DNA from: a bacterium
Lineage (GTDB): Bacteria; Gemmatimonadota; Gemmatimonadetes; Gemmatimonadales; JACORV01
Assembly: GCA_021787855.1 (NCBI GenBank)
Contig: JAJYLI010000001.1
Span: 3,274-67,273 of the forward strand
DNA length: 64,000 nucleotides
Reading direction: 5' to 3'
A program made the position numbers and the translations under genes. The notes under the pieces are model-generated. The model was not told the origin of the DNA. It did not search any database and worked only from the letters and a program-made list of their open reading frames with translations. Positions within the stretch are counted from its first letter, which is position 1, and every line of letters starts with the position of its first letter. Below are positions 46,267 through 56,894 of the stretch, one piece after another.

Positions 46267-49200
46267 ATGCTCGCTCGGCTCACGCGTGCCTCGTGGTGCG
46301 CGGTGGCGGCCCTGGTGGCGGCCGCGACCGTGCAGGCGCAGGATCTGCCGATCAGGCGCTGGCTGCTCCTGGGCCCGGTTCCCGTGACGGCCGGGCCGCC
46401 GCACGACTACCTGAACGGCGCGGCCGGCGTCCTTCCGGACTCCGGCGAGCGGCTCGCGGGTCACGAGTTCCTGCCGGCGGATGCCGACTCGCTGGGCGGC
46501 GTGGACTTGAACCGGGTGTTCGCGGGACCCACCGACCACACGGCCGCCTACGCGCACGCCTACGTGTACTCGCCGGACGACCGCACGGTCCTGCTGGTGA
46601 TGGACAGCGACGACTACCTGCTGGCCTGGCTGAACGGGCAGCAGATCTGGGTCCATCTCGAGGAGCGCGGCCTGCGCTCCGGCAGTGACACGGTGGCCGT
46701 GCGCCTGGCGGCGGGCTGGAACAGCGTGCTGCTCGAGGCCGTGAACGTGACCGGCGGCTTCGGCGTGCTCGGACGGCTGGCCCGGGCGCCGGGGGAGCCC
46801 GGGCTCGACGGCATCCGGGTGCAGGACCGCCGGCCGCCGGGCCTCGTGGCCCAGCAGTATCCGGCCGCCACGCTCACCGCCTCCATGCCGCGGCCGGACG
46901 GTCCGGCGACCTGGACCGGGGACCGCATCGAGCTGCCCGCGACGGTCGCCGTGACCCTGTGGGGACGCGACACGCTGCGCGGGGCCGTGCCGCGCGTCAG
47001 CCAGGACACCACCACGTGGTCAGCGGATTCGGCGCTGGCGCTGCCGCCGGGCGCCGCCCGGGCGGTGAGCTTCCGGCCCACGTTCGAGGAGCTGCGGCGC
47101 GCCGCGCTGGGCCTGGCGCCGCTGGTGGTCACGGCCGGCGCGGGCCCCGCCGCGCGGCAGGCCCTCCTCGCCGTGGATCCCGCGTGGCTGCTGCGCCTCG
47201 TCGGCGGGCGCCTGGCGACCGGTGGCTGGGCGGGTGACTCCTCCGCGGACGGCGAGCGCCGGCTGCGGACGACGCTGATCGTCCCGCGGGCCCTCGCGGG
47301 CCGCACGGTGGATCTGGTGGTGGGCCAGTTCGGGGACTCGGCGACGTACCGGGTCAACGGCCGCGCCGTCCCATGGCGGGCCGGCAACGTGGAGCTGTGC
47401 GGGCCCTGCCGCGCGGGCGACACCCTCTCGGTCGCGATGCGGCTGGTGCCGGGACGGCCGTGGTGGACGTTCCCCGACGCGCGGGTGCGCGACCTCGGCT
47501 ATGCCGAGTACGCGGACGGGTACGCCTACGCCCGGGAGCTGACCGGCCAGGCGCCGGCCATCTCGCCGCCCGACCCCCGGCAGTGGCTGAGCCTGCTCGA
47601 GGGCGATCCGGCGGCGTACGGGCAGCTGCTGCAACGCTACGCCGCCGCCTACGCGCCGCTCGAACAGCGGATTCACCGCGACACGCTGCATCTGGTCGGC
47701 AACTCGCACATTGACGCGGCGTGGCTGTGGCCGTGGAGCGAGACCGAGCACGAGGTGCTCCCCAACACCTGGCGCTCGTCGCTGAAGCTGGCGTCCATGT
47801 TCCCCGGCTACGTCTTCGCGGCCAGCTCCGCGGTGTTCTTCCGGGCGATGGACCGCCTGTTCCCCACGCTCGCCGACTCGCTCCACGCCGCGGTGCGCTC
47901 GGGGCAGTGGGCCATCGTGGGCGGGTGGTGGCTGGAGCCGGACCAGAACATCCCCTCCGGCGAGGATCTGGCCCGCCAGGGGCTGTACGGCCAGCGGTAC
48001 TTCCAGCGCCACTACGGCCGGCGCGCCACGGTGGGCTGGACCCCGGACTCGTTCGGCTACCCGTGGACCCTGCCGCAGATCTACCGCCAGGCGGGCCTGG
48101 ACTATTTCGTGACCCAGAAGATCCGCTGGAACGACTCCACCCAGCTGCCCTACGACGCGTTCTACTGGAAGGGCCGCGACGGCACGCGGCTGTTCACCTA
48201 CAACCCGTACGGCTACGACTCCGACCTCGAGCCGCGGCAGCTGATCCGCAACCGGCTCGACGACGCCCGGCGGAACCACGGGATCCACAATCAGCTGGTG
48301 CTGTACGGCGTGGGGGACCACGGCGGCGGCCCCACGATCGCGATGCTGGAGCGGGCGGAGGAGTTGTGGCGGGTGCCGACGTTCCCGGTGGTGAAGTTCG
48401 ACTCGCCGGACCGCGCCCTGGCGGACATGCGCCGCTCCATGCCGGACTCCGCCTTCCCGGTGTGGCGCGACGAGCTGTACCTCGAGTATCACCGCGCGAC
48501 CTACACGACCCAGGCGTACCAGAAGTGGGCGGCGCGCCACAGCGACGCGCTGCTGCGGACGGCGGAGGCGCTGGCCGCGGTGGACACCGCGGCCTATCCG
48601 CGGGCGCGGCTGGAGCACGCGTGGCACCAGGTGCTGTTCAACGAGTTCCACGACATCCTGCCGGGGTCGGGCATTCACGAGAACTACGTGGTCGCCGACC
48701 AGTGGTACGACAGCGCGTGGGCGGCGCTCGACACCGTGAGCGCGAAGGCGTTGACGGATCTCGCCTCCCGGATGGACACCCGCGGCGCGCCGCGCGGCAC
48801 GGTGCCCGTGGTGGTCTTCAACCCGCTGACCTGGGCGCGCGGCGCGGTCGTGCGGGTGGGACTCGGCGACGGAACGGGGGGGAGGAGCGGAGACAGCGCG
48901 ACGTTCCTGGCGCGCAACGTCCCGGCCCTGGGCGCCCGCGTCTATTACGTCCGCCCCGGAACGGTGCGGGCCGCGAGTCCGCTGCCCGCGCCGCGGGTGG
49001 GGCCGGACTGGCTGGAGAACGCCTACCTGCGCGTCGAGGTGGACACCACCACCGGTGACATCACCCGCCTCTACGACAAGCGGAATCGCCGGGAGGCGCT
49101 GGCGCCCGGCGGCCGCGCCAACGTGCTCCAGATCCTCTACGACAAGCCCAGGGAGTGGGACGCCTGGAACCTGGGCTTCAACGGCCAGGAGTGGGACGTC

Positions 49201-50055
49201 ACGCGGACGGGCGCGCTGTCGCGGCACGCCGACGCGGCCGAGGCGACGATGGCCTTCACCCGCCGCTGGGGCGCGTCCACCTTCCACCAGACCCTCGTGC
49301 TCGGGCGCCAGACGCCGTACGTGGACGTGGTCAACGACGTGGACTGGCACGAGACGCACAAGATGCTGAAGGTCGCGATCACCGCCGCGGTGCACCCCGA
49401 CTCGGCGACCTACGAGATTCCGTACGGCACCATCGGACGCTCGTGCAACCCGCGCACCAAGGCCGAGCGCGCCAAGTACGAGGTGCCCGGCCAGCGGTGG
49501 GCGGACCTGTCGGACGCCGGCTACGGGGTGAGCATCCTCAACGACGGCAAGTACGGCTGGGACTGCCACGGCAACGTGCTGCGGCTGTCGCTGCTGGTGG
49601 CGCCCCTGTGGCCGGACTCCCTGGCCGACCGCGGAACGAATCGCTTCCGCTACGCGTACTACCCCCACGCCGGCGACTGGCGCGCCGCCCGCACCGAGCA
49701 CGTGGCCGCCGAGTACAACACGCCCGTGGTGGCGATGCGCGCGGGCCCGCACGCCGGCGCCCTCGGCGCTGGCGTGAGCTTCGCCTCGGTGGCCGCCCCC
49801 GGGGGTGGCGTCGAGCTGAGCTGGGTCAAGCGGGCCGAGGACTCCCCGGACCTGGTGCTGCGGCTGGTCGAGTGGAACGGCCGGTCCGAGACCGCGACGG
49901 TCACGCTGCGCCCCGCCATTCGCGCCGCGCACCTGTCCAACTTCCTCGAGGACCCCGGCCCCGCCGTGCCGCACACCGCGCACACCCTGCGCGTCGCCCT
50001 GCACCCGTACCAGATCGCCACCGTCGTGGTCGCGACCGCCCCGGAGAGGAGATAA
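46267..50055 (+). CDS. Secreted GH38 alpha-mannosidase with an N-terminal extension of about 475 aa (1262 aa total)
   Basis: Signal peptide MLARLTRASWCAVAALVAAATVQAQD. GH38 catalytic start HLVGNSHIDAAWLWPW at about nt 47700. Further motifs: GGWWLEPDQNIPSGE, WTPDSFGYPWTLPQI, FVTQKIRWN and YGVGDHGGGP. Confidence 0.9.
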   Translation: MLARLTRASWCAVAALVAAATVQAQDLPIRRWLLLGPVPVTAGPPHDYLNGAAGVLPDSGERLAGHEFLPADADSLGGVDLNRVFAGPTDHTAAYAHAYVYSPDDRTVLLVMDSDDYLLAWLNGQQIWVHLEERGLRSGSDTVAVRLAAGWNSVLLEAVNVTGGFGVLGRLARAPGEPGLDGIRVQDRRPPGLVAQQYPAATLTASMPRPDGPATWTGDRIELPATVAVTLWGRDTLRGAVPRVSQDTTTWSADSALALPPGAARAVSFRPTFEELRRAALGLAPLVVTAGAGPAARQALLAVDPAWLLRLVGGRLATGGWAGDSSADGERRLRTTLIVPRALAGRTVDLVVGQFGDSATYRVNGRAVPWRAGNVELCGPCRAGDTLSVAMRLVPGRPWWTFPDARVRDLGYAEYADGYAYARELTGQAPAISPPDPRQWLSLLEGDPAAYGQLLQRYAAAYAPLEQRIHRDTLHLVGNSHIDAAWLWPWSETEHEVLPNTWRSSLKLASMFPGYVFAASSAVFFRAMDRLFPTLADSLHAAVRSGQWAIVGGWWLEPDQNIPSGEDLARQGLYGQRYFQRHYGRRATVGWTPDSFGYPWTLPQIYRQAGLDYFVTQKIRWNDSTQLPYDAFYWKGRDGTRLFTYNPYGYDSDLEPRQLIRNRLDDARRNHGIHNQLVLYGVGDHGGGPTIAMLERAEELWRVPTFPVVKFDSPDRALADMRRSMPDSAFPVWRDELYLEYHRATYTTQAYQKWAARHSDALLRTAEALAAVDTAAYPRARLEHAWHQVLFNEFHDILPGSGIHENYVVADQWYDSAWAALDTVSAKALTDLASRMDTRGAPRGTVPVVVFNPLTWARGAVVRVGLGDGTGGRSGDSATFLARNVPALGARVYYVRPGTVRAASPLPAPRVGPDWLENAYLRVEVDTTTGDITRLYDKRNRREALAPGGRANVLQILYDKPREWDAWNLGFNGQEWDVTRTGALSRHADAAEATMAFTRRWGASTFHQTLVLGRQTPYVDVVNDVDWHETHKMLKVAITAAVHPDSATYEIPYGTIGRSCNPRTKAERAKYEVPGQRWADLSDAGYGVSILNDGKYGWDCHGNVLRLSLLVAPLWPDSLADRGTNRFRYAYYPHAGDWRAARTEHVAAEYNTPVVAMRAGPHAGALGAGVSFASVAAPGGGVELSWVKRAEDSPDLVLRLVEWNGRSETATVTLRPAIRAAHLSNFLEDPGPAVPHTAHTLRVALHPYQIATVVVATAPERR

Positions 50056-50058
50056 CCC

Positions 50059-51033
50059 GTGCCCCAGCCGAGCGCCGTTTCCCGCAGCCGGTGGGCCGCC
50101 GTCGTCGCGCTCGCCGTCCTCCTCGCTCCGACCGGGTGCGCCAGGCGCGCCGCCTCGACCCGGCCGCAGATCGGCGTCACGCTGCTCACCGAGGCGCACG
50201 TCTTCTACCAGGACCTCCAGCGCGGCATGCGCGCGGAGGCCGACAGCCTGGGGCTGGACCTGCACGTCGTGGCGGGGGAGTGGGACCTGGCCCGGCAGAC
50301 CAGCCAGGTCGAGAACTTCATCACGCAGAAGATGAACGCGATCATCATCGCGCCGGTGGACTCGCGCGGCATCGTCTCGGCCATCGAGGAGGCCAACCGG
50401 GCCAAGATCCCGGTGTTCACCGTGGACATCGCCTCCGCCGGCGGCCACGTCGTCTCGCACATCGCCTCCGACAACGAGCAGGGCGGCGAGCTGGTCGGCG
50501 AGTACCTGGCCAAGCTGCTCCACGGCAAAGGCAACATCGCCATACTCGACCAGCCCACGCTGACCAGCGTGATTGACCGGGTACGGGGCTTCCGGGAGGC
50601 GATCGCGAAGTACCCCGGCATCCACATCGTCGCCGACGCGGCCGTGGACCGCGGGCTCAGGGATGTCGCCAAGAACAAGACCGACAACCTGCTCCAGGCG
50701 CACCCCGACCTCAACGCCATCTTCGGCAGCAACGACGACTGCGCCCTGGGGGCGCTGGCCTCGGTGCGCGCCGCCGGCAAGCGCAACGTCCTCATCGTCG
50801 GCTTCGACGCCACGCCCGAGGCCCGCGCGGCCATCGCCGGCGGCGGCCCCCTCAAGGCCGACGCCATCCAGCACCCCACGACCATCGGGCGCCAGGCCAT
50901 CCTGACGGTCTACCGCTACCTGCACGGCGACACCGTGCCGCCGTTCGTCGCCGTCCCGGTGGGGATCGTGGATCGCGGCACGCTGGCCCAGCAGGCGCTG
51001 GGCCACGACACCAGCGGCACGCCGGCTCACTGA
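50059..51033 (+). CDS. Sugar ABC transporter substrate-binding protein (RbsB-like periplasmic binding protein, probable lipoprotein)
   Basis: Signal sequence plus Cys: AVVALAVLLAPTGCARR. PBP type I pattern: IGVTLLTEAHVFYQDL...IIIAPVDS...VFTVD...DNEQGG...IVGFDATPEA. Confidence 0.85.
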   Translation: MPQPSAVSRSRWAAVVALAVLLAPTGCARRAASTRPQIGVTLLTEAHVFYQDLQRGMRAEADSLGLDLHVVAGEWDLARQTSQVENFITQKMNAIIIAPVDSRGIVSAIEEANRAKIPVFTVDIASAGGHVVSHIASDNEQGGELVGEYLAKLLHGKGNIAILDQPTLTSVIDRVRGFREAIAKYPGIHIVADAAVDRGLRDVAKNKTDNLLQAHPDLNAIFGSNDDCALGALASVRAAGKRNVLIVGFDATPEARAAIAGGGPLKADAIQHPTTIGRQAILTVYRYLHGDTVPPFVAVPVGIVDRGTLAQQALGHDTSGTPAH

Positions 51034-51103
51034 ACAGTCGCACGACGGAGGGGAGCGGGGGGACGCTTGCCCCCCATCTCCGAGCGGTCTAATTTGCTTT
51101 TCA

Positions 51104-52623
<1,520 letters not shown>

Positions 52624-52687
52624 TGGTGCGGCGCTAGCGTCGAGACGCCGGCCGCGGACCCGGGCGCCGGTCGCGAGCGAAGCGGAC

Positions 52688-52726
52688 GAAAGCCCTCCCC
52701 GAACATGGGGAGGGCTTTCTTCGTCT
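52688..52726 (+). terminator. Rho-independent terminator downstream of thiC
   Basis: Perfect 13-bp stem GAAAGCCCTCCCC / GGGGAGGGCTTTC with a 6-nt loop, followed by TTCGTCT. Verified base by base. Confidence 0.65.
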
Positions 52727-52807
52727 ATGCGCGCACCCGTCCAGGCGCGGCATCGTTCTTGCTTGGCCTCGGGACGAGGACCAGGGCGCGTCTCGGAGAG
52801 GGGCCGC

Positions 52808-53920
52808 ATGATAGACGTCGAGCTGCTGGACGGCGGACCTGCCGCACCGCGCTACGATCTCGTTTCCGGCAATCGGATGGTGGCCGAGGGGGCATTGCGG
52901 GCGGGGTGCCGTTTCTTCGCCGGTTACCCCATCGCGCCCGCGCTGGAGATCTTCCGCGCCATGGGCGAGGAGTTGCCCCTGGGTGGCGGCCTCGCCGTGA
53001 GCGCTCCGGACGACATCACCGCGCTCCAGTACGCCATCGGCGCCTCGATGGCGGGGTACAAGGCCATGAGCGCGACCTCCGGCCCCGGATGGAGCCTGAT
53101 GGTCGAGTCGGTGCAGTACGCCCTGATGACCGAGACGCCCCTGGTCGTGGCGGTCGTGCAGCGGCTCGGCCCGGCGACCGGGGGAGCCACCCACGGGGCG
53201 CAGGGTGACGTCCGGCTGGTCGAGTCCTGCACCTCGGGCGGCTACACGGTGCCGGTGTTCGCGCCGAGCACGGCCGCCGAGGCCTACGAGCTGACCATCG
53301 AGGCGTTCAACTGGGCGGAACGGCTGCGCATGCCCGTGGTCCTGCTCTCCGACAAGGAGGTCGGCACCACGACCGAGCGCGTGGACCGCGCCGCGCTGGC
53401 CGGGGCGGAGCCGGTCACGCGGCAGGCGCCGTTCGCGCCCGTGGGGGGCCCGGCGCGGGTCGCCTTGACCGGCTCGGCGCACGACCGGGCAGGACGGCTG
53501 ATGAAGCCGGCCGGCGAGGCCCTTGAGCTGCTGCGCGAGCTGGAGGCCAAGGTGGTGGCGCGCGCGCCGGCCATGGCGCGGTTCGAATACCGGCCCATCT
53601 CGAACGCCGAAGTCGTCGTGATGTCGTACGGGGTGACCGCGCGGGCGATGAAGGAGGCGTGCCGCCACTTCCACGAGACCGGCCGTCTCGCCGTGTCGTG
53701 CCTCAAGCTCCAGACGCTCTTCCCGGTTCCCGACCGGATCATCCGCCACGCCGCCGCCACGGCCCGCCGCGTGCTGGTGGCGGAGGAGAATCTCACCGGC
53801 CAGTACGCTGCCGTGGTCGAGTCGGTGCTGGGACGCCCGGTCGAGCGGCTGGCGCGCCTCGGCAGCCTCATCACACCGCAGGAGATCATCGCGGCCGTCG
53901 AGCGCGGAGGCCCGGTGTGA
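52808..53920 (+). CDS. 2-oxoacid:ferredoxin oxidoreductase alpha subunit (domains I-II only)
   Basis: GNRMVAEGALRAGCRFFAGYPIAPALEI and SATSGPGWSLMVESV. Start trimmed to MIDVELL (ATG 52808). Confidence 0.85.
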   Translation: MIDVELLDGGPAAPRYDLVSGNRMVAEGALRAGCRFFAGYPIAPALEIFRAMGEELPLGGGLAVSAPDDITALQYAIGASMAGYKAMSATSGPGWSLMVESVQYALMTETPLVVAVVQRLGPATGGATHGAQGDVRLVESCTSGGYTVPVFAPSTAAEAYELTIEAFNWAERLRMPVVLLSDKEVGTTTERVDRAALAGAEPVTRQAPFAPVGGPARVALTGSAHDRAGRLMKPAGEALELLRELEAKVVARAPAMARFEYRPISNAEVVVMSYGVTARAMKEACRHFHETGRLAVSCLKLQTLFPVPDRIIRHAAATARRVLVAEENLTGQYAAVVESVLGRPVERLARLGSLITPQEIIAAVERGGPV

Positions 53921-55254
53921 GCGCCACCCGCCCGTCCTACCTGTCACCCGGCGCCCCGCTGCCGTACTGCGAGGGCTGCGGGCATCCGTGGGTGCTGCGC
54001 GCCCTGGACGACGCGCTGCTCGCGCTCGACACCGATCCCGCCGACGTCGCGATCGTCACGGACATCGGCTGCGTCGGACTGGCGGGTGAGCTGCTCCACG
54101 GGTTGCACACGGTGCACACGCTCCACGGGCGCTCCCCCGCCCTCGCCACCGGCCTCGCGCTGGCCGACGGCGCGCTGGGCCCCGGGAGGCTCAAACCCGT
54201 CGTCCTGATCGGCGACGGCGGCGCGATGGTCGGCATCGCGCACCTGGTGCATGCGGCCCTGCTCAACGCCGACATCACCGTGCTCGTCCACAACAACGGC
54301 CTGTTCGGGATCAGCGGCGGGCAGGCCGCCTCTCTCGCCGCGGACGAAGCCTTCAACCTCAGCGCCGTCGCCGGCCACTTCACGCCGCCGGCGGACCTGG
54401 TGCGGCTGCTGGCGGCGGCCCGCGCCGGCTTCCTCGCCCGCAGCTACGCCGACGATCCGGAGCTGGCCGCGACCATCCAGGCGGCGATCATCCATCCCGG
54501 TTTCGCGATGGTCGAGATCCTCGAGTACTGCCCGGAGCGCTCGCTGAGGCAGGAGGAGATTCGCGACCGTCGGCTGGAGGATACCGTCACCGCCCGCGGC
54601 CTGCGCGTCCAGCCGCAGCGCCTGGAGCGGGCGCCGTTCGTCCAGACCTACCGCGAACGCCACGGCATTCTCCGGCGCGAACCGGCCCGGCGCCCGCCGC
54701 TCGCCCCCCGCTACGAGGCGAACCTGGATCGCCCCGTCGCCATCGTCCTGGCCGGCACCGCGGGCGAGCACGTGCAGAGCGCCGCGCGCGACCTGTGCGC
54801 GGCCGCCGTCGCCGCCGGTCTCGACTGCACGCAGAAGAACGACCACCCCGTCACCATGCGGAGCGGCTACTCGTTCTCCGAGGTCATCCTCAGCCCCTTC
54901 GAGATCTCGTTCACGGGCGTGGAGCATCCGGACGCGATCATCGTCACGTCGTCCGACGGGCTCGCCGAGGTGCAGCGGCGCCAGCTGCTCTCCCGCCTCG
55001 CTCCCGCGGGCGTGGTCATCGCCGACGATTCCCTGGCACTCGACGGTGCGCGCCGCCTGCCGCTGCGCGAGATCGCCGGCGCCCCGTGCGCCGCCCTCGC
55101 CGGCGTCGTCGCCTGGGTCGCGCAAACCGAGATCTTCAACGTGGACGCGCTCCTGGAGGCGGTCCGGGCGCGGGATGCCGGTTGCGACATCGCCGCGCTG
55201 ACGGCGGCCTTCGCGTCCGTCCGGGCCGCCGCCGCGGCTGCCTCGCACCCTTGA
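53917..55254 (+). CDS. 2-oxoacid:ferredoxin oxidoreductase beta (TPP-binding) subunit fused to a C-terminal gamma (POR) domain
   Basis: Beta part: PYCEGCGHPWVL, VTDIGC, IGDGGAMVG. Gamma-like part from about aa 290: VAIVLAGTAGEHVQSAARDLCAAAVAAGLDCTQKNDHPVTMRSGYSFSEVILSP...HPDAIIVTS. GTG 53917 overlaps the alpha stop (GTGA). Confidence 0.8.
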   Translation: MSATRPSYLSPGAPLPYCEGCGHPWVLRALDDALLALDTDPADVAIVTDIGCVGLAGELLHGLHTVHTLHGRSPALATGLALADGALGPGRLKPVVLIGDGGAMVGIAHLVHAALLNADITVLVHNNGLFGISGGQAASLAADEAFNLSAVAGHFTPPADLVRLLAAARAGFLARSYADDPELAATIQAAIIHPGFAMVEILEYCPERSLRQEEIRDRRLEDTVTARGLRVQPQRLERAPFVQTYRERHGILRREPARRPPLAPRYEANLDRPVAIVLAGTAGEHVQSAARDLCAAAVAAGLDCTQKNDHPVTMRSGYSFSEVILSPFEISFTGVEHPDAIIVTSSDGLAEVQRRQLLSRLAPAGVVIADDSLALDGARRLPLREIAGAPCAALAGVVAWVAQTEIFNVDALLEAVRARDAGCDIAALTAAFASVRAAAAAASHP

Positions 55255-55332
55255 CAGTGCCAACGCCGCCATCCCAATTTGCGGTCGGTCAGTCGGAATT
55301 GAGGGTTGGCGGCCTGCGCTGAGGAGCCGGAC

Positions 55333-55605
55333 ATGCCGTATGTGATCGCCGAGCCGTGTATCGGGGTGAAGGACCGCGCGTGCGTCGAGGTCTGCCCGGT
55401 GGACTGCATCTATGAAGACGAGAAGATGCTCTACATCCACCCCGACGAGTGCATTGACTGCGGCGCCTGTGAGCCCGAGTGCCCGGTGACCGCGATCTTC
55501 CCGGAAGAGGACGTGCCCCCGCAGTGGAAGGACTACGTCGCCTTGAATCGCGACGTCTTCAGCCGGCCGACGCCTCCCGGCAAGCCGCAGAAGAAGACCG
55601 CCTAG
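55333..55605 (+). CDS. fdxA: 7Fe ferredoxin ([3Fe-4S][4Fe-4S], FdxA type)
   Basis: [27 protein letters not shown]...[12 protein letters not shown]. Start trimmed from 55306. Confidence 0.9.
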   Translation: MPYVIAEPCIGVKDRACVEVCPVDCIYEDEKMLYIHPDECIDCGACEPECPVTAIFPEEDVPPQWKDYVALNRDVFSRPTPPGKPQKKTA

Positions 55606-55630
55606 CCAGCGGCGCACGGATCGAGCGAAC

Positions 55631-55670
55631 GACAGCCCCGGGGAGCCCGCCTTCCCGGGGCTGTCGCTTG
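55631..55670. terminator. Hairpin between the convergent fdxA and hydrolase genes (12-bp perfect stem GACAGCCCCGGG / CCCGGGGCTGTC)
   Basis: Verified base by base. The loop is 11 nt and the stem is followed by GCTTGTG on the plus strand. Confidence 0.55.
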
Positions 55671-55685
55671 TGGGGGCCCGCTTCC

Positions 55686-56501
55686 CTATGCGCCCGGGAT
55701 CGTCTCGAGGAACTCCCCCACCACGCGATTCACGGTGGCGGGTGCCTCCAGCGGCGAGAGGTGGCCGGCTCCGGGAATGGTGGCCATGACGGCCGACGGC
55801 ACGGCGGCGACCATGGAGCGCGCGACCGCCGGCGGCGTCACCTCGTCTTCCTCCCCCACCACGACGAGCACCGGAACGTCAATCGCCGGCAGGAGCGCCG
55901 TAGAGTCCGGCCGATCACGCATCGCGCCCAGGGCGCCGACGATTCCCGGCACGCTCGAACGGCCGACCATCTCGCGCACCTGCTCCACGAGCGCGGGCTG
56001 CGTGCGGCGTGTGGAGCGTCCGAGCAGCCTGGGGAGCATCCGCTCGGCGACGCCGGCCGGTCCCTCGGCGCGCGCGACCGCCGCCAACTCGTCTCTCCCG
56101 CGCCTGGCGTCGCCGCCGTCCGCGTCGGAGCGCGTGTCCACCAGGACGAGTCCCATGATGCGGTCGCGGTGCCGGCGCCACAACTCGAAGGCGACATAGC
56201 CCCCCATCGAGAGGCCCGCCACCACCGCCCGCGCGACTCCAAGACGGTCCAGCAGGCCGGCGACGTCGTCCGCGTAGGCGGCCATGGAGTAGCCGGATTC
56301 CGGCGCGTCGGACGCCCCCGCGCCGCGAAGATCGGGCGCGATCCGCCGCCACCGGGTCAGCGCGACCACTTGATGCCTCCACATCGTCCGATCGAGCGGG
56401 AAGCCGTGGAGCAGCAGCAGCGCAGGCCCCTCTCCCCGCACCTCCGCCGCAAGGCCGACGGCGCCCACCCGATAGCGCCCCACCTCACGGCCGGTAGGCA
56501 T
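55686..56501 (-). CDS. Alpha/beta hydrolase fold protein
   Basis: LLLLHGFPLD, nucleophile elbow GLSMGG, and C-terminal GAGHLSPLE. The start is either ATG 56501 or ATG 56555. Confidence 0.85.
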   Translation of the reverse strand: MPTGREVGRYRVGAVGLAAEVRGEGPALLLLHGFPLDRTMWRHQVVALTRWRRIAPDLRGAGASDAPESGYSMAAYADDVAGLLDRLGVARAVVAGLSMGGYVAFELWRRHRDRIMGLVLVDTRSDADGGDARRGRDELAAVARAEGPAGVAERMLPRLLGRSTRRTQPALVEQVREMVGRSSVPGIVGALGAMRDRPDSTALLPAIDVPVLVVVGEEDEVTPPAVARSMVAAVPSAVMATIPGAGHLSPLEAPATVNRVVGEFLETIPGA

Positions 56502-56894
56502 CGCACCCCCAGGGTACCCGGTGACTCCGACTGCGGGCCGTTCGCTCGCGGGCATTGCCGTTCGCCTTTCGCCTTCAAAGGTAGCGCGGCCCCGGCTGGC
56601 CCAGTGAGGCTGCGCCGGCCGTTCAGCACCACCTGGCGGACGATCGCCAGCATCCGACGGCGCCAAGAGCCGCCCTGTGAGCGATCGGTCAATATCGGCA
56701 CGGTGTCGCTATAGAGTTTCAAGCCTCACGCGATAGCGTCGTGTTACAGTCGCGGCATTTTGCCTCAAGCAGCGCAACCTGCCGCTATTTCAACACTTTG
56801 TTGTCGAACATTTTAGTCACTTTTCTGTTGACATGTGGACAAGCACACATGGCCGTAGTTGCGCCGCATCGGCGCCACGGGCAAGCTTTCAGCC

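Noticed and set aside
51055-51075. A GGGGGG-N7-CCCCCC hairpin after the sugar-binding-protein gene, considered as a terminator.
   Set aside because: The stem is only 6 G-C pairs and there is no U-tract. It lies 30 nt before the TPP aptamer and may simply be part of the thiC leader. This is too weak to call.
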